DNA of 64,000 bases, taken from positions 69,847-133,846 of the forward strand of contig JBEKXL010000005.1 in assembly GCA_049512075.1 (NCBI GenBank). Direction: 5' to 3'. The notes beneath the pieces are model-generated. The model did not search any database, was not told where the DNA came from, and worked only from the letters and a program-made list of their open reading frames with translations. The position numbers were made by a program, and so were the translations under genes. Positions 1 through 10,087 of this stretch are shown one piece after another. Each line of letters opens with the position of its first letter. The stretch's first letter is position 1. The DNA is from Candidatus Bathyarchaeia archaeon. GTDB lineage: Archaea; Thermoproteota; Bathyarchaeia; Bathyarchaeales; Bathycorpusculaceae.

Positions 1-745
1 GCTTAACTATGTAGTCGATGCTGTCGAGTAGGTCGTCGACGGTACATTTGTCTGGATCCTTGCTTATGAGTCGCGGGAATGCAGTCACGCCGATGACGCC
101 GCCTCTCTCAGCTATCGTTTTTATTTCTTCGTCTGTCTTGTTTTGATATTCGTCCACGAGTGCTCTGGGGTTCGAGTGCGAAGCTATCACGGGATCTTCT
201 GAGGCTTCCGCGGCTTCCAGGACACTCTTTTTTCCGACATGCGCCAAATCCACAACCATTCCCAAGCGGTTCATCTCTTTGACAAGTGAGATCCCGAAAA
301 GACTAAGGCCGGAATCTGTTCGCTCTCCGCCGCCATCAGCCGCAGCATTCCTGAAATGGTAACTCAACTGGATTATTCTAACTCCCAAGTAATGGTAGAG
401 CTTCAACAGTCTCAGATCATTCTCAAGTGGCTGGATATTCTGAAAGCCCAAAATAATAGCAGTCTTTCCCTCCCGTTTTGCCTTGACAATATCTTCTACT
501 GTAGTCGCAAGAACCACAGTTTCGCTCTCTCCAGTTACCATATCTTGCATGTCCAGAATCCTCTTGACAGTCTCAGACATGTTGTGCATCATAGCGATGG
601 TGTAGTTTGTGGCCGTGACTCCTCCCTTTTGAAGTTTCTTAAAATACTCATCTGACATGATTGATGCGTTCAAAGAATCAACTATGACAGCATCTCGATG
701 AATATTCAGAGCTCTCTTCATCTCTTCAGCGCCAAGTTTTCTCAC
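1..745 (-). CDS. Membrane dipeptidase (peptidase M19 family), runs off the window edge
   Basis: Not in the ORF track. Manual translation from GTG at 745 gives MRKLGAEEMKRALNIHRDAVIVDS...MVVDLAHVG...PVIASHSNPRAL...NKTDEEIKTIAERGGVIGV...DSIDYIVK, typical of renal-dipeptidase-family proteins. Confidence 0.85.
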   Translation of the reverse strand, partial: MRKLGAEEMKRALNIHRDAVIVDSLNASIMSDEYFKKLQKGGVTATNYTIAMMHNMSETVKRILDMQDMVTGESETVVLATTVEDIVKAKREGKTAIILGFQNIQPLENDLRLLKLYHYLGVRIIQLSYHFRNAAADGGGERTDSGLSLFGISLVKEMNRLGMVVDLAHVGKKSVLEAAEASEDPVIASHSNPRALVDEYQNKTDEEIKTIAERGGVIGVTAFPRLISKDPDKCTVDDLLDSIDYIVK

Positions 746-943
746 TCTATTCACCTGTAATAAATCAAACGTTCAAGTCAGAGGCTAGACAAAATGCTTT
801 CTGGCTTATAGAACTTGCTGAACAGGGTCTCTGTAAGACTATTGACATGCATTCTGGCCCGCCCTGGGAAGGCGTAACGTGCAGGTATGCGCGTAGGCTC
901 GCTTTTACCGAAGACTCTACAGAACTCCGAACAGGAATCAGGC

Positions 944-1747
944 CTATTGCTTGAAGTTCCATGTTTCTGTTGAATATTTTTCATTGTGCAGCTTCTCGGC
1001 AAGTGCTCCCTCTTCTTCAGTCATCTCGCCATCTGCAAGCCTAATCATAAAGTCCTTTTCAAAACCTCTTCTGAGCGAATCCTTCACCTCTGCAATAGTT
1101 AGCTCTCTGCCGAGTTCGATCGAAAGAGTTGAAACCTCTTTCCTAACGCTGCGCACACGGGGTCTTTCAGCTGAGTTCTCGTCAGAATTCAAAACCTCCA
1201 AGAGCGTTTTCAAGTCTGAACTGACCAAGATGGAGCAATGATGAAAAACGAACCCTGATTTCACGGCCCCAGCCCCTCCGGCAATCTTCCGCCCATTTAC
1301 TTGAATACTGTTTGGGAATTCAAACCTTGCAGGCGCACCGAGTAATCTGAGACCTTCGATCACCCCCTGCGATAGCCTGGCGAAGGTCTCTCCCAGTTCT
1401 GTCCTGATCAAAGGATGAAATCTCCGCACAGAGATTGCGCAATTGAGATTTCCAAAGTCATGATAAACAGCTCCTCCTCCCGTAAACCTTCTCACAACGG
1501 CAACTTTATGCTTATTGCAACGGTCTAGGTTGACTTCCGTATCTGCAGACTGGAAGTTGCCTACGACAACGGCATTCGGGTTTCTCCAGAAACGTATAGT
1601 GTTCGGAGACGCGCCCTTTCCCACATTGGATGGAATGGCTTCTTCCAGGGCCAAGTTCATATATGGGTTTGGATATTCCACGTCAAGCAGTCGCCAAGTC
1701 TCTTCGTACTTCATTGGAGTCAGCAGCTTTGGAACTGTTTCAGCCAT
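944..1747 (+). other. Shadow ORFs on the + strand opposite the lipoate ligase (not genes)
   Basis: Short + strand ORFs (951..1241, 1515..1757) lie antisense to a well-supported CDS. Confidence 0.2.
944..1747 (-). CDS. lplA: Lipoate-protein ligase A (catalytic domain)
   Basis: NLALEEAI, VVRRFTGGGAVYHDFGNLN, GRKIAG motifs; directly downstream of the E2 gene. Confidence 0.9.
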   Translation of the reverse strand: MAETVPKLLTPMKYEETWRLLDVEYPNPYMNLALEEAIPSNVGKGASPNTIRFWRNPNAVVVGNFQSADTEVNLDRCNKHKVAVVRRFTGGGAVYHDFGNLNCAISVRRFHPLIRTELGETFARLSQGVIEGLRLLGAPARFEFPNSIQVNGRKIAGGAGAVKSGFVFHHCSILVSSDLKTLLEVLNSDENSAERPRVRSVRKEVSTLSIELGRELTIAEVKDSLRRGFEKDFMIRLADGEMTEEEGALAEKLHNEKYSTETWNFKQ

Positions 1748-2951
1748 TCAACGCTGATGGGTTTTCCAGAATTCGTTTCATCGTCTGCAAAAATCGGGCT
1801 GCTTCTGCCCCGTTGATGATTCTGTGATCGTACACGAGGCTCAGGTTGAGTATGGATCTTGCCTCAATCTTTCCTTTGACAATCGCCGGTCTATCTTCGA
1901 CAGCCCCTACTCCCAGAATGGCTGCTTGAGGCGGGTTTATTATCGGAATAAAAGTGTGCACTCCCAGCATGCCCAGGTTGGTCACGGTGAACGTCCCAGC
2001 CGACACTTCTTCCATAGAAAGGGTTCGATTTCTCGCTTTTTCGGCAAGTCTTGCTAAGAGTGCTGCGATTTCAGTGAGCGATTTTTGGTCTGCCCCGCGA
2101 ATTACTGGGACTATTAGTCCTTCTTCAACATCGACGGCGACTCCTAAGTTAACGTTTTTGAGAATCTTGATTTCGTGGTCTTCCAGCGTTGAATTCACAA
2201 TCTTGTGCTCCCTGAGAGCCAACGCTGCTGCTTTAACGATTATGCAGGTGTAAGTCAGGGAGACTCCTGTTTCCTCTTTGACTTTGACTAGGAGGTCTTT
2301 GCGGAAGTTTGAAGCGTCAGTCATGTCAACTTCAGTTACCACCGTAGTGTGCACAGCTGAATTGTAGCTTTGAGACAATCGATCGGCTATCGTCTTTCTC
2401 GTACCAACTAGCGGAATGATTTCAGCTACCTCAACTCCCTCCTTCGACAGAGAGGGTGTTGATGGACCGACCGCTTCTTGTTTTCCTAGAGCTTTCAGGA
2501 CATCTTCTCTGACTATTCGGCCATCCGGACCTGTTCCCGTGATTTTTGTCAGGTCGACTTTCTGTTCTTCAGCAATTTTCCTAGCCAACGGTGAAATTCT
2601 CATCTTCTCGGGAGAGGCCATAGCCTCGGGTGGCTTCACACCTCCTGTTTCGGGCGCTGCCTCGGAGATTTCGGCCTCAGCTACATCGTTCTGAATCATT
2701 GAAACATCTTCATCGGGCTCACCGATTATTCCCAAAAGCCCGGATACTGGAACAATCGAGCCCTTTCCGGCTGTAATCTTCAGAAGGACACCGGATGCTG
2801 GAGCCTCCAGCTCGGTAGATATTTTTTCAGTCTCTACTTCAAGAAGAGGGTCTCCTTTCTGGACGCGTTCTCCTTCCTTCTTGAGCCAGTTGACAACAGT
2901 TCCATCTTTCATGGTGAGACCGAGCTTAGTCATAATCACTTTGGTTGCCAA
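1740..2951 (-). CDS. 2-oxoacid/acetoin dehydrogenase E2 (dihydrolipoamide acyltransferase)
   Basis: Lipoyl domain VETEKI, E3-binding ISPLARKIA...GTGPDGRI, catalytic DHRIING. Start placed at TTG 2951 after GGAGGAG. Confidence 0.92.
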   Translation of the reverse strand: MATKVIMTKLGLTMKDGTVVNWLKKEGERVQKGDPLLEVETEKISTELEAPASGVLLKITAGKGSIVPVSGLLGIIGEPDEDVSMIQNDVAEAEISEAAPETGGVKPPEAMASPEKMRISPLARKIAEEQKVDLTKITGTGPDGRIVREDVLKALGKQEAVGPSTPSLSKEGVEVAEIIPLVGTRKTIADRLSQSYNSAVHTTVVTEVDMTDASNFRKDLLVKVKEETGVSLTYTCIIVKAAALALREHKIVNSTLEDHEIKILKNVNLGVAVDVEEGLIVPVIRGADQKSLTEIAALLARLAEKARNRTLSMEEVSAGTFTVTNLGMLGVHTFIPIINPPQAAILGVGAVEDRPAIVKGKIEARSILNLSLVYDHRIINGAEAARFLQTMKRILENPSALNG

Positions 2952-2991
2952 TTTCTGTTCTCCTCCAATTTTCAAAGATCATCCTTCGTTT

Positions 2992-3987
2992 TTATTTAAC
3001 GATTTCTTGAACTGCCCTGACGATGTCGTTCTCGTTCGGAATGACCCATTTCTCCAAGGCTGGACTGAATGGGGCTGGAGTGTTCATTCCGCCGACTCTC
3101 TTGATGGGCGCATCCAGATAATCCATAGCCTCTTCTGCCACCATGGATGCGAATTCTGCGCCCACGCCGCCTCTTTTCCACGCTTCATGAACCACTACGA
3201 ACCTGCCTGTCTTCTTAACTGAATTCATGAGCGCGTCCTTGTCAAACGGAGTCAATGTTCTGGGGTCGATTACTTCCGCGCTGATTCCTTCTCTTTCAAG
3301 CTTCTGAGCTGCTAATAAAGTCTTACTCACCATCAGCCCAGTGGCTAGAATCGTGACGTCTTTGCCGTCTCTCTTGATTTCAGCTTTGCCGAAGGGAACG
3401 TAGTACTCAGCTTCAGGCACTTGGCCCTTGCTGCTGTAGAGGAGCTTGTGTTCAAAAAAAATCACGGGGTTGTCGCTTCTAATGGCGGTCTTGAGCAGTC
3501 CTTTCGCATCGTATGGGTTTGAGGGCATAGCGACTTGCAGTCCAGGAATGTGCATGAAAAACGCTTCAGGACTCTGTGAGTGTTGTGGGCCGGCGCTTAT
3601 TCCAGCACCGTACGCTGTCCTGATGACTATTGGAGTTTTGACCTGTCCACCGGACATGTAGCGCATTTTTGCCACTTGGTTGAGTATCTGGTCCATGCAC
3701 ACGCCGAGGAAGTCGGAAAACATTATTTCTGCCACGGGTCTCATTCCAACCGAAGCTGCTCCCAGTGAAAGGCCGACTATGGCTGTCTCAGATATGGGAG
3801 TGTCTCTGACCCTGTTTTCTCCAAATTCTTCCAGAAGCCCCTTCGTGACTCCGAAGTCGCCGCCGTGCACTGCTATGTCTTCGCCGAGAACAAACACCGT
3901 TTCGTCCTTCAACATTTCTTCACGTATAGCTTCCCGAAGCGCGTCAACGTATGTTATTTCTCGCATTTCCATTTCACCCCTGCTCAT
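2992..3987 (-). CDS. TPP-dependent 2-oxoacid/acetoin dehydrogenase E1 beta subunit
   Basis: GEDI, RVRDTPISE, GMRPVAEIMF, QHSQS, FFEHKLLY motifs. Confidence 0.93.
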   Translation of the reverse strand: MSRGEMEMREITYVDALREAIREEMLKDETVFVLGEDIAVHGGDFGVTKGLLEEFGENRVRDTPISETAIVGLSLGAASVGMRPVAEIMFSDFLGVCMDQILNQVAKMRYMSGGQVKTPIVIRTAYGAGISAGPQHSQSPEAFFMHIPGLQVAMPSNPYDAKGLLKTAIRSDNPVIFFEHKLLYSSKGQVPEAEYYVPFGKAEIKRDGKDVTILATGLMVSKTLLAAQKLEREGISAEVIDPRTLTPFDKDALMNSVKKTGRFVVVHEAWKRGGVGAEFASMVAEEAMDYLDAPIKRVGGMNTPAPFSPALEKWVIPNENDIVRAVQEIVK

Positions 3988-4940
3988 GCGAACAGGTCTT
4001 TTGTCACTTCTTCAGGTTCGGGGTACGGGCTTTCCTGTGCGTATTTTACCGCCTCTTCCACGGCCGATTTGACCTCCTGATCGATTTTCTGAAGGTCTGC
4101 ATCTGTCAGAACGCCCATGTTGACAAGTTTTTCACCGAAGTTGAGTGGGTCCTTCATCTGCCACTCTTCTCTCTCGCTCTTCGTTCTGTAACGCTGCGGA
4201 TCGCCTTCGAAGGATCCGTAGAACCTGTAAGTCTTACATTCAATCAACGTTGGGCCCTGTCCCTTTCTTGCTCTTTCCACAGCCTTGTGAGCTGATTCGT
4301 AAACTGCCATTACGTCCATTCCGTCTGCGATTATGCCAGGGATGCCGTAGGAAGCAGCTCGATCGGCTATGTTGCTTATCGGCGTGGATCTTGTTGTGCG
4401 AGTGGAAATTGCGTACAAATTGTTTTCGCAGACAAAAATCACGGGCAGTTTCCACGCTGCTGCTATGTTGATTCCTTCATGAAAAGCTCCAGTGTTCGAT
4501 GCGCCGTCGCCGAAGAAAGCAACTGCTACCTGATTGGTTCCTTTCGATTTGGCTGCAAAGGCAGCGCCAGCCGCGATGGGTATGTTGGCGCCTACGATTG
4601 CGTTTGCGCCCAGTATTCCTGAACTGTAATCTGCAATGTGCATTGAGCCTCCTTTGCCCTTGCAGTAGCCTGTCTTCTTTCCGAAGAGTTCAGCCATCAT
4701 TCTTCTCAGATCCGCACCCTTCGCGATGCAGTGTCCATGACCCCTGTGTGTGCTCGTTATGTAATCGTTCCTCGTCAAGTTTGCGCACACGCCGACGGCG
4801 ACTGCTTCCTCTCCGATGTAAAGATGAACGAAGCCGGGAATCAGTCCCTTGGAGAATAATTCGCTGACTTTCTCCTCGAATCGTCTTATTCTCACCATTC
4901 CTCTGTACAATTCAATCATTTTCTCGCTACTGAGAGACAA
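3984..4940 (-). CDS. TPP-dependent 2-oxoacid/acetoin dehydrogenase E1 alpha subunit
   Basis: HLYIGEEA, STHRGHGH, GKGGSMH, FGDGA...N TPP motif, ENNLYAIS. Confidence 0.93.
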   Translation of the reverse strand: MSLSSEKMIELYRGMVRIRRFEEKVSELFSKGLIPGFVHLYIGEEAVAVGVCANLTRNDYITSTHRGHGHCIAKGADLRRMMAELFGKKTGYCKGKGGSMHIADYSSGILGANAIVGANIPIAAGAAFAAKSKGTNQVAVAFFGDGASNTGAFHEGINIAAAWKLPVIFVCENNLYAISTRTTRSTPISNIADRAASYGIPGIIADGMDVMAVYESAHKAVERARKGQGPTLIECKTYRFYGSFEGDPQRYRTKSEREEWQMKDPLNFGEKLVNMGVLTDADLQKIDQEVKSAVEEAVKYAQESPYPEPEEVTKDLFA

Positions 4941-5033
4941 CCAAGATCATCTCGCCTAACTTTCAGGGGTATCAAGCGCTCTGCCTTAACATAACTGTTA
5001 TGGAGAAACTGCAGATTCTATCAGGTCCAAGTT

Positions 5034-5984
5034 TCAGGGCACGACGCGTGTGCCAGTCTCTCCTCGCAGAGCGCGCTCAAGATTTTCTGGGTTGGTTATA
5101 AGAGCTTCTTTTCCCTCGTGTTCCAGGTAGCTTATTATCGCTTCAATTTTTGGGCCCATGCTGCCGGCGGTGAAATGTCCCCGTTCAAGGTATTCCTTGG
5201 CTTCCGTCAGTGTCATCTTGTCAAGCGATTTCTGGTTTGGCTCTCCGAAGTTTAGAGCTACTTTCTCCACGGCTGTTGAAATTAGAAAGAGGTCGGCTTT
5301 TATGCCGATGGCAAGAAGCGCCGAAGCGTAGTCTTTGTCGATTACTGCTTCTGCTCCTTTGAGCTTGCCGTCTTGTTCGATGACTGGGATTCCTCCGCCT
5401 CCGACGGCGACGACTACTATTCCTTTATTGACGAGGGCTTTGATGACGTCCTGCTCGATGATCCTAACGGGCATCGGAGAGGGTACTACGCGGCGCCAAC
5501 CGCGGCCTGCGTCTTCCATGACGTCCCAACCTCTTTCTTTCCTGTATTTTTCTGCTTTTTCTTTGTCGTAAAAGGGGCCGATGGGCTTAGCTGGGTTTTG
5601 GAATGCGGGATCGTTCTTCTTGACCAATGTCTGAGTCACGACTGACACGACGCTTGTTTTGATTCCTCTTTGTTTGAGTTCATTGTAGAGGCATTGTTGT
5701 ATCATGTAGCCTATGGCTCCCTGGGTGTCAGCTCCACAGGAATCAAGCGGGACCGTGTGAAGGACGTTGCTTGCCAGTTCTGAGCGCAAGAGAATGAAGC
5801 CCACTTGAGGGCCGTTTCCGTGAGTTACGACCACTTTCCATCCTTGTTCTATCATGCTAGCGATGTGGGTACAAGTTTCACGGGTTGCTTCAAATTGATC
5901 AGGCACCGTCTGATGGTTTTTATCCTTAATAAGAGAGTTGCCACCGATGGCCACGACTGCTACGTTTCCCATGTGCTTTTTCAC
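5034..5984 (-). CDS. arcC: Carbamate kinase
   Basis: VAIGGNSL, THGNGPQVG, KPIGPFY, GRGWRRVVPSP, GGGGIPV, AVIDKD, GSMGPKI. Confidence 0.95.
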   Translation of the reverse strand: MKKHMGNVAVVAIGGNSLIKDKNHQTVPDQFEATRETCTHIASMIEQGWKVVVTHGNGPQVGFILLRSELASNVLHTVPLDSCGADTQGAIGYMIQQCLYNELKQRGIKTSVVSVVTQTLVKKNDPAFQNPAKPIGPFYDKEKAEKYRKERGWDVMEDAGRGWRRVVPSPMPVRIIEQDVIKALVNKGIVVVAVGGGGIPVIEQDGKLKGAEAVIDKDYASALLAIGIKADLFLISTAVEKVALNFGEPNQKSLDKMTLTEAKEYLERGHFTAGSMGPKIEAIISYLEHEGKEALITNPENLERALRGETGTRVVP

Positions 5985-6097
5985 CTATACGCTGAGGGGT
6001 AAGTTGTAGGAATATTCATTGTCCTATAAATATGAGCGCGTCTTCTTCAAGTACCGACGGTTTTGTCACGCGTACTGTGCATCAGGTTCGACCGCGT

Positions 6098-7135
6098 TCA
6101 AGCCACATTTAGTTTTGGTTCCTGTCCTATTGTCAGAGAAAGAACGGCCATTTTGGCGTAGAAACTGTCTTCAGCCTGTTCGAAAATAGCGGAGTTCGGT
6201 CCCTCCACAACTTCGTCGGTGGCCTCTTCGCCTCTGAAGACTGGAAGCACATGGGTGACGATAGCCTGCTTGCTCATGAGTTCATCGACATGCCTCTGAT
6301 CCAGCTTCCAATTCCTGTATTTGTTGTGTATTCTGATCTCGTTGTCTGCTCCAAAAGCGGTTAAGCCTTTCTTGCCAAGTTCAGAGGTGACCCAGCTTCG
6401 CGGGAAAACCGCATCTGCATCTTTCAAGGCTTCTTTGAAATCGTTGCTTGTTTCCAAGCTTCCGCCGCTTGCTTTCGCGTTCTTTCTTGCTGTTTCAATG
6501 ATTCTGGTGTCGATTTCAAACTCAGGCGGGTGGGCAAGCACAACGTCCATTCCGAACCTTGTAGCTATCTGCAGCTCTTCCTGTATGCTGCATCTTCCTC
6601 TAAGCTTACTGGAGTAAGCCCAAGTGACAGCGTACTTTTTTCCCTTCAGGTTTCGAAGTTTTCTTCTGAGAGTCATTATGTCTCCGATAGCTTGAGTCGG
6701 ATGGTACGTGCAACAGGCCATGTTTATAACCGGAACCTTCGCGGCTCTTGCGAACTGCTCCACGATTCTTCGTCCGTTGCCGTAGACAAAGTCGATGGTC
6801 TCATCCAGCACTCTCACTCCAATGCCGTCGCCAAACGTGCTGTACATGCGAGCCGCGTCCTCCAGAGTTTCTCCAGTTCCGATCCTCGTGGTGGCAACGT
6901 CAATGTACGCAGCGTGTCCGCCGAGCAGTTCCATTCCCGCCTCAAACGCCGCCCGTGTCCTGGTTGACGGCGCCCAAAAAAGCATGAAAAAGCTTTTCCT
7001 GTCCAGCATCTTTGGCGGAAGTTTGCCTTTCTTTCTTATGCTCTTCAGTTTTTCAGCAAGCTTCATCGTGGTTAATAATTCGTCGATGCTCCAGTCTTGG
7101 GTTGTTATCAGGTCCCTTCCAAACAAGCTCGACAT
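6098..7135 (-). CDS. Transcarbamylase, YgeW-like/knotted type (divergent)
   Basis: STRTR carbamoyl-phosphate motif, HPTQ, TWAYS, TRFGMDVVLAHP; HVLP in place of HCLP. Start set at the ATG of MSSLFG. Confidence 0.8.
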   Translation of the reverse strand: MSSLFGRDLITTQDWSIDELLTTMKLAEKLKSIRKKGKLPPKMLDRKSFFMLFWAPSTRTRAAFEAGMELLGGHAAYIDVATTRIGTGETLEDAARMYSTFGDGIGVRVLDETIDFVYGNGRRIVEQFARAAKVPVINMACCTYHPTQAIGDIMTLRRKLRNLKGKKYAVTWAYSSKLRGRCSIQEELQIATRFGMDVVLAHPPEFEIDTRIIETARKNAKASGGSLETSNDFKEALKDADAVFPRSWVTSELGKKGLTAFGADNEIRIHNKYRNWKLDQRHVDELMSKQAIVTHVLPVFRGEEATDEVVEGPNSAIFEQAEDSFYAKMAVLSLTIGQEPKLNVA

Positions 7136-7263
7136 CTTTACCGCCCAACAAAGGATTGAGAGCGTTCTAGTTTTGTGAAATTCCGCCAACGCTAAGAGCG
7201 CGTTAATGGTTTTATAGGCTGTCAGGGTATTTTAGTTTTGTTTTAAGGGAGAGCAAAGCCGAG

Positions 7264-8517
7264 TTAGTCTTTGTTGATGGACTCGAACTCTTTGAGATCG
7301 GGTTTTATCGTAGGGGCTTTCATAGACTGGTTTATCACCGCTTCTGGATCCTTCAGTCCGCTTCCTGTTATCAGCACAACCACCGTCTCATCTTTTTTCA
7401 CCATGTCTAGACTGACGAGTTTGACGAGGCCGGCGAGAGACGCGACGCCTGTGGGTTCTGCGAATATCCCCTCAGTCGAAGCCAGAAGGCCCTGTGACTC
7501 CAGTATCTCTTTGTCAGAGACTGCCTCAGCCGTTCCGCCTGTTTCTCTCAACGCAACTAAAGCAGCATCTCCGTCCCATGGGAATACATCTGAAAGGCCG
7601 CCTGCAATCGTTGTGGGGCGGTCCCAAGGTTCTATTTCAAACGGACCCCTGTTCTGTTTGAAGGCTCTGACCAGCGGGGCGCAGCCCTCAGGTTGTATCG
7701 CAGCGAGTTTTGATGTGGGCTCTATGAAGCCAAGGTTTTGGAAGTCGTTGAAGCCTTTCCAAATTCCAGCTAGGAGGCATCCCGAGCCCGTGGGCACTAT
7801 TACCCAGTCCGGTGTGTTCCAGTCGAGCTGTTCGATGATTTCATACGCCATCGTCTTTGGGCCTTCGACTTGGTAAGGGTTGAACGGGCCGAAGCTGGGG
7901 CATGGATACCATCCGTATTTGTCAACGACCATCTGAAGCATTTGCACTGTGGGATCTTTGCCTTTTTCGGCAGCTTTCAACCGTGTGACTTTTGTTCCGT
8001 AGAGGCGGATTTGAGCAAGCTTGACTTCAGGCGCGGATTCTAGGACGAAAGCGTAGCATTTCAATCCTGCCTTTGCAGAGTGAGCGGCGAGGGCTGCGGC
8101 AGCGTTGCCGCTTGACGCTGTGGCGGTCGTGTCAACGCCAAACTCGACGGCTTTCGAAACCCCGACAGTCATCGATCGGTCCTTGAAGGAGCCGGTGGGG
8201 CTTCGAGTCTCATCTTTGAGGTAGAGGTTTCTGAGTCCGAGTTTCCAGGCAAGTTTGGTTGCTTTTATGAGTGGTGTTCCTCCAGCATCGAGGGTGACAA
8301 TGTTTTTCTTGTTTTTGATTGGAAGAAGCTCGTAGTATTTCCAAACGTTTGAGGCTCTTCGGCTGAGGGTTGGTTTATCTACTCTTTCTGCTATGGCCGA
8401 ATAGTCGTAGTATATGTCAAGGCGCCCTCTGTCCTTGTTGAGGCACATGCACACCTTTTCATCGGCTGAGTATTCTCGTCCACAGCGAGCACATTTCATT
8501 TTCGCGACGAAGGCCAA
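7264..8517 (-). CDS. thrC: Threonine synthase-like PLP enzyme with N-terminal Zn ribbon
   Basis: CARC Zn ribbon, PTGSFKDR, ASSGNA, EGPKT, VPTGSG, EGIFAEP, TGSGLKD. Confidence 0.8.
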   Translation of the reverse strand: MAFVAKMKCARCGREYSADEKVCMCLNKDRGRLDIYYDYSAIAERVDKPTLSRRASNVWKYYELLPIKNKKNIVTLDAGGTPLIKATKLAWKLGLRNLYLKDETRSPTGSFKDRSMTVGVSKAVEFGVDTTATASSGNAAAALAAHSAKAGLKCYAFVLESAPEVKLAQIRLYGTKVTRLKAAEKGKDPTVQMLQMVVDKYGWYPCPSFGPFNPYQVEGPKTMAYEIIEQLDWNTPDWVIVPTGSGCLLAGIWKGFNDFQNLGFIEPTSKLAAIQPEGCAPLVRAFKQNRGPFEIEPWDRPTTIAGGLSDVFPWDGDAALVALRETGGTAEAVSDKEILESQGLLASTEGIFAEPTGVASLAGLVKLVSLDMVKKDETVVVLITGSGLKDPEAVINQSMKAPTIKPDLKEFESINKD

Positions 8518-8549
8518 TCACAACACCAGCACATGCGTCCTTGACTGTT

Positions 8550-10016
8550 TTATGGCAAGGCGACTTTCTCGTTGAACTGATTGATTAGTTCATCTATCTT
8601 GGGTACTAGTTTCTGGTTCTCGGCCCAGTATAAGTCATAATCGTACCATTGACTGTTCAGTTCGGGGAGACTGAACATTTGCTGCTCTATCCATGTGAAG
8701 TATTTCAGGTGATGTATTCGTTTGCGGTCGTAATGCGTGAGTTCCATCATCGAATCAGTCTTCACGGCCATCAGGTGCCTGTGGAAATCTCGGATCGCAT
8801 CTTTCTCATGGTATTCGCCGTTTCGTTCTTGCGCCTCTCGCAGGCGGGATTGATACAGTTCCATCGAGTCCGTAAACACCGTCAGCACAACATCCTTGCG
8901 GGTGAGCTCGTAGTATTTTGCGAATTTTATTGACATGAGCACGTTGGCTATGCTGGAAATGCCCAGCAGGTCAAGCTTAGAAACCAGCTCCTCGGGAACG
9001 CCGACCTCTTTTGTTAGATATCTGCGTCCTGCAGGCTCGTTGAACAGTCTCATCAAGCTGAGCGGGTCGTCATCGTCAATTCCAATGGCGACGTCCGTGT
9101 TTCTCACGTTGTGAATCCAGGGAACATGCTTGTCGCCTATGCCTTCTATTCTGTGAGCACCGTACCCATTGAGCAGAAGCGTAGGACACTGAAGAGCTTC
9201 TCCAGCAGCGATCTTTGAAGCGGGGTACACTTGCTTCAAGTAGTCGCCGCACGCAATCGTCCCTGCTGATCCGGTTGTTAGGCATACGCCTTGAAATCCG
9301 CCTCCTCCAAGCTCCTTTTTGAGGACCTCGTCCATCGCGTGTCCTGTAACGTCATAATGGAACAGGTAGTTGCCGAACTCGCTGAACTGGTTGAAAACGA
9401 AAATGTCTTTTCTTGTTCGCTTGAGCTCCCACACCTTGTCGTATATCTCTTTCACGTTGCTCTCGCTTCCGGGTGTGGCAATTATCTCACCTGCCACGGT
9501 CTTCAGCCATTCAAATCGTTCCCTGGACATTTGCTCGGGAAGAATCGCAATGCTGTCGCATCCGAGAAGCGTCGCATCGTAGGCGCCTCCTCTGCAAAAG
9601 TTCCCAGTGCTGGGCCATACTGCCTTATGCCTTGTGGGATCGAACTGGCCTGTCACAAGCGGGGGAACCAGACAACCGAAAGTCGCGCCTACCTTGTGTG
9701 ACCCTGTTGGAAACCACTTCCCGACTAGGGCGATTATTCTCGCCTCAACGCCGGTGAGTTCCGACGGCAACTCTATATAATTGGCTGCGGACCGAAACAA
9801 CCCGCCGCTGGGTACAGGGTCGTTCTTCCAAATGATTCTGAACAGGTTTTGAGGGGCAACGTCCCAGAGCCCTGTGTTCCTAAGCTGTTCCTTGATTGCA
9901 CTCGGCGCGGTGTTGGGGTTCTTTAGCTGAGCAAAGGTGGGAACCACTATCTTCCTTTCTCTGCACCTCTGAACTGTTCTCTCAAGCTGCTCTTCGTTCA
10001 TCGTGAGATCTATCAA
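8550..10016 (-). CDS. Fold-type II PLP-dependent enzyme (cysteine synthase/ammonia-lyase superfamily)
   Basis: FPTGSHKVGA (PLP Lys), PSTGNFCRGG, TTGSAGT, HRIEGIGDKHVPW. Confidence 0.8.
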   Translation of the reverse strand: MIDLTMNEEQLERTVQRCRERKIVVPTFAQLKNPNTAPSAIKEQLRNTGLWDVAPQNLFRIIWKNDPVPSGGLFRSAANYIELPSELTGVEARIIALVGKWFPTGSHKVGATFGCLVPPLVTGQFDPTRHKAVWPSTGNFCRGGAYDATLLGCDSIAILPEQMSRERFEWLKTVAGEIIATPGSESNVKEIYDKVWELKRTRKDIFVFNQFSEFGNYLFHYDVTGHAMDEVLKKELGGGGFQGVCLTTGSAGTIACGDYLKQVYPASKIAAGEALQCPTLLLNGYGAHRIEGIGDKHVPWIHNVRNTDVAIGIDDDDPLSLMRLFNEPAGRRYLTKEVGVPEELVSKLDLLGISSIANVLMSIKFAKYYELTRKDVVLTVFTDSMELYQSRLREAQERNGEYHEKDAIRDFHRHLMAVKTDSMMELTHYDRKRIHHLKYFTWIEQQMFSLPELNSQWYDYDLYWAENQKLVPKIDELINQFNEKVALP

Positions 10017-10052
10017 TTATACCGCCCTTCGTCCTTTCTGAAGAGATAAAAC

Positions 10053-10060
10053 TTATAAAT
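10053..10060 (+). promoter_or_regulatory. Candidate archaeal TATA box with purine-rich BRE, in a short divergent intergenic region
   Basis: GAGATAAAAC-TTATAAAT, about 27 bp upstream of GTG 10088. Confidence 0.45.
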
Positions 10061-10087
10061 CCACCTACTGTTTTTCCTCAACCCAAG

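Noticed and set aside
356-1002. Short ORFs 356..655, 765..962, 778..1002 and the many antisense ORFs across the window
   Set aside because: They overlap or shadow well-supported genes and have no family motifs.
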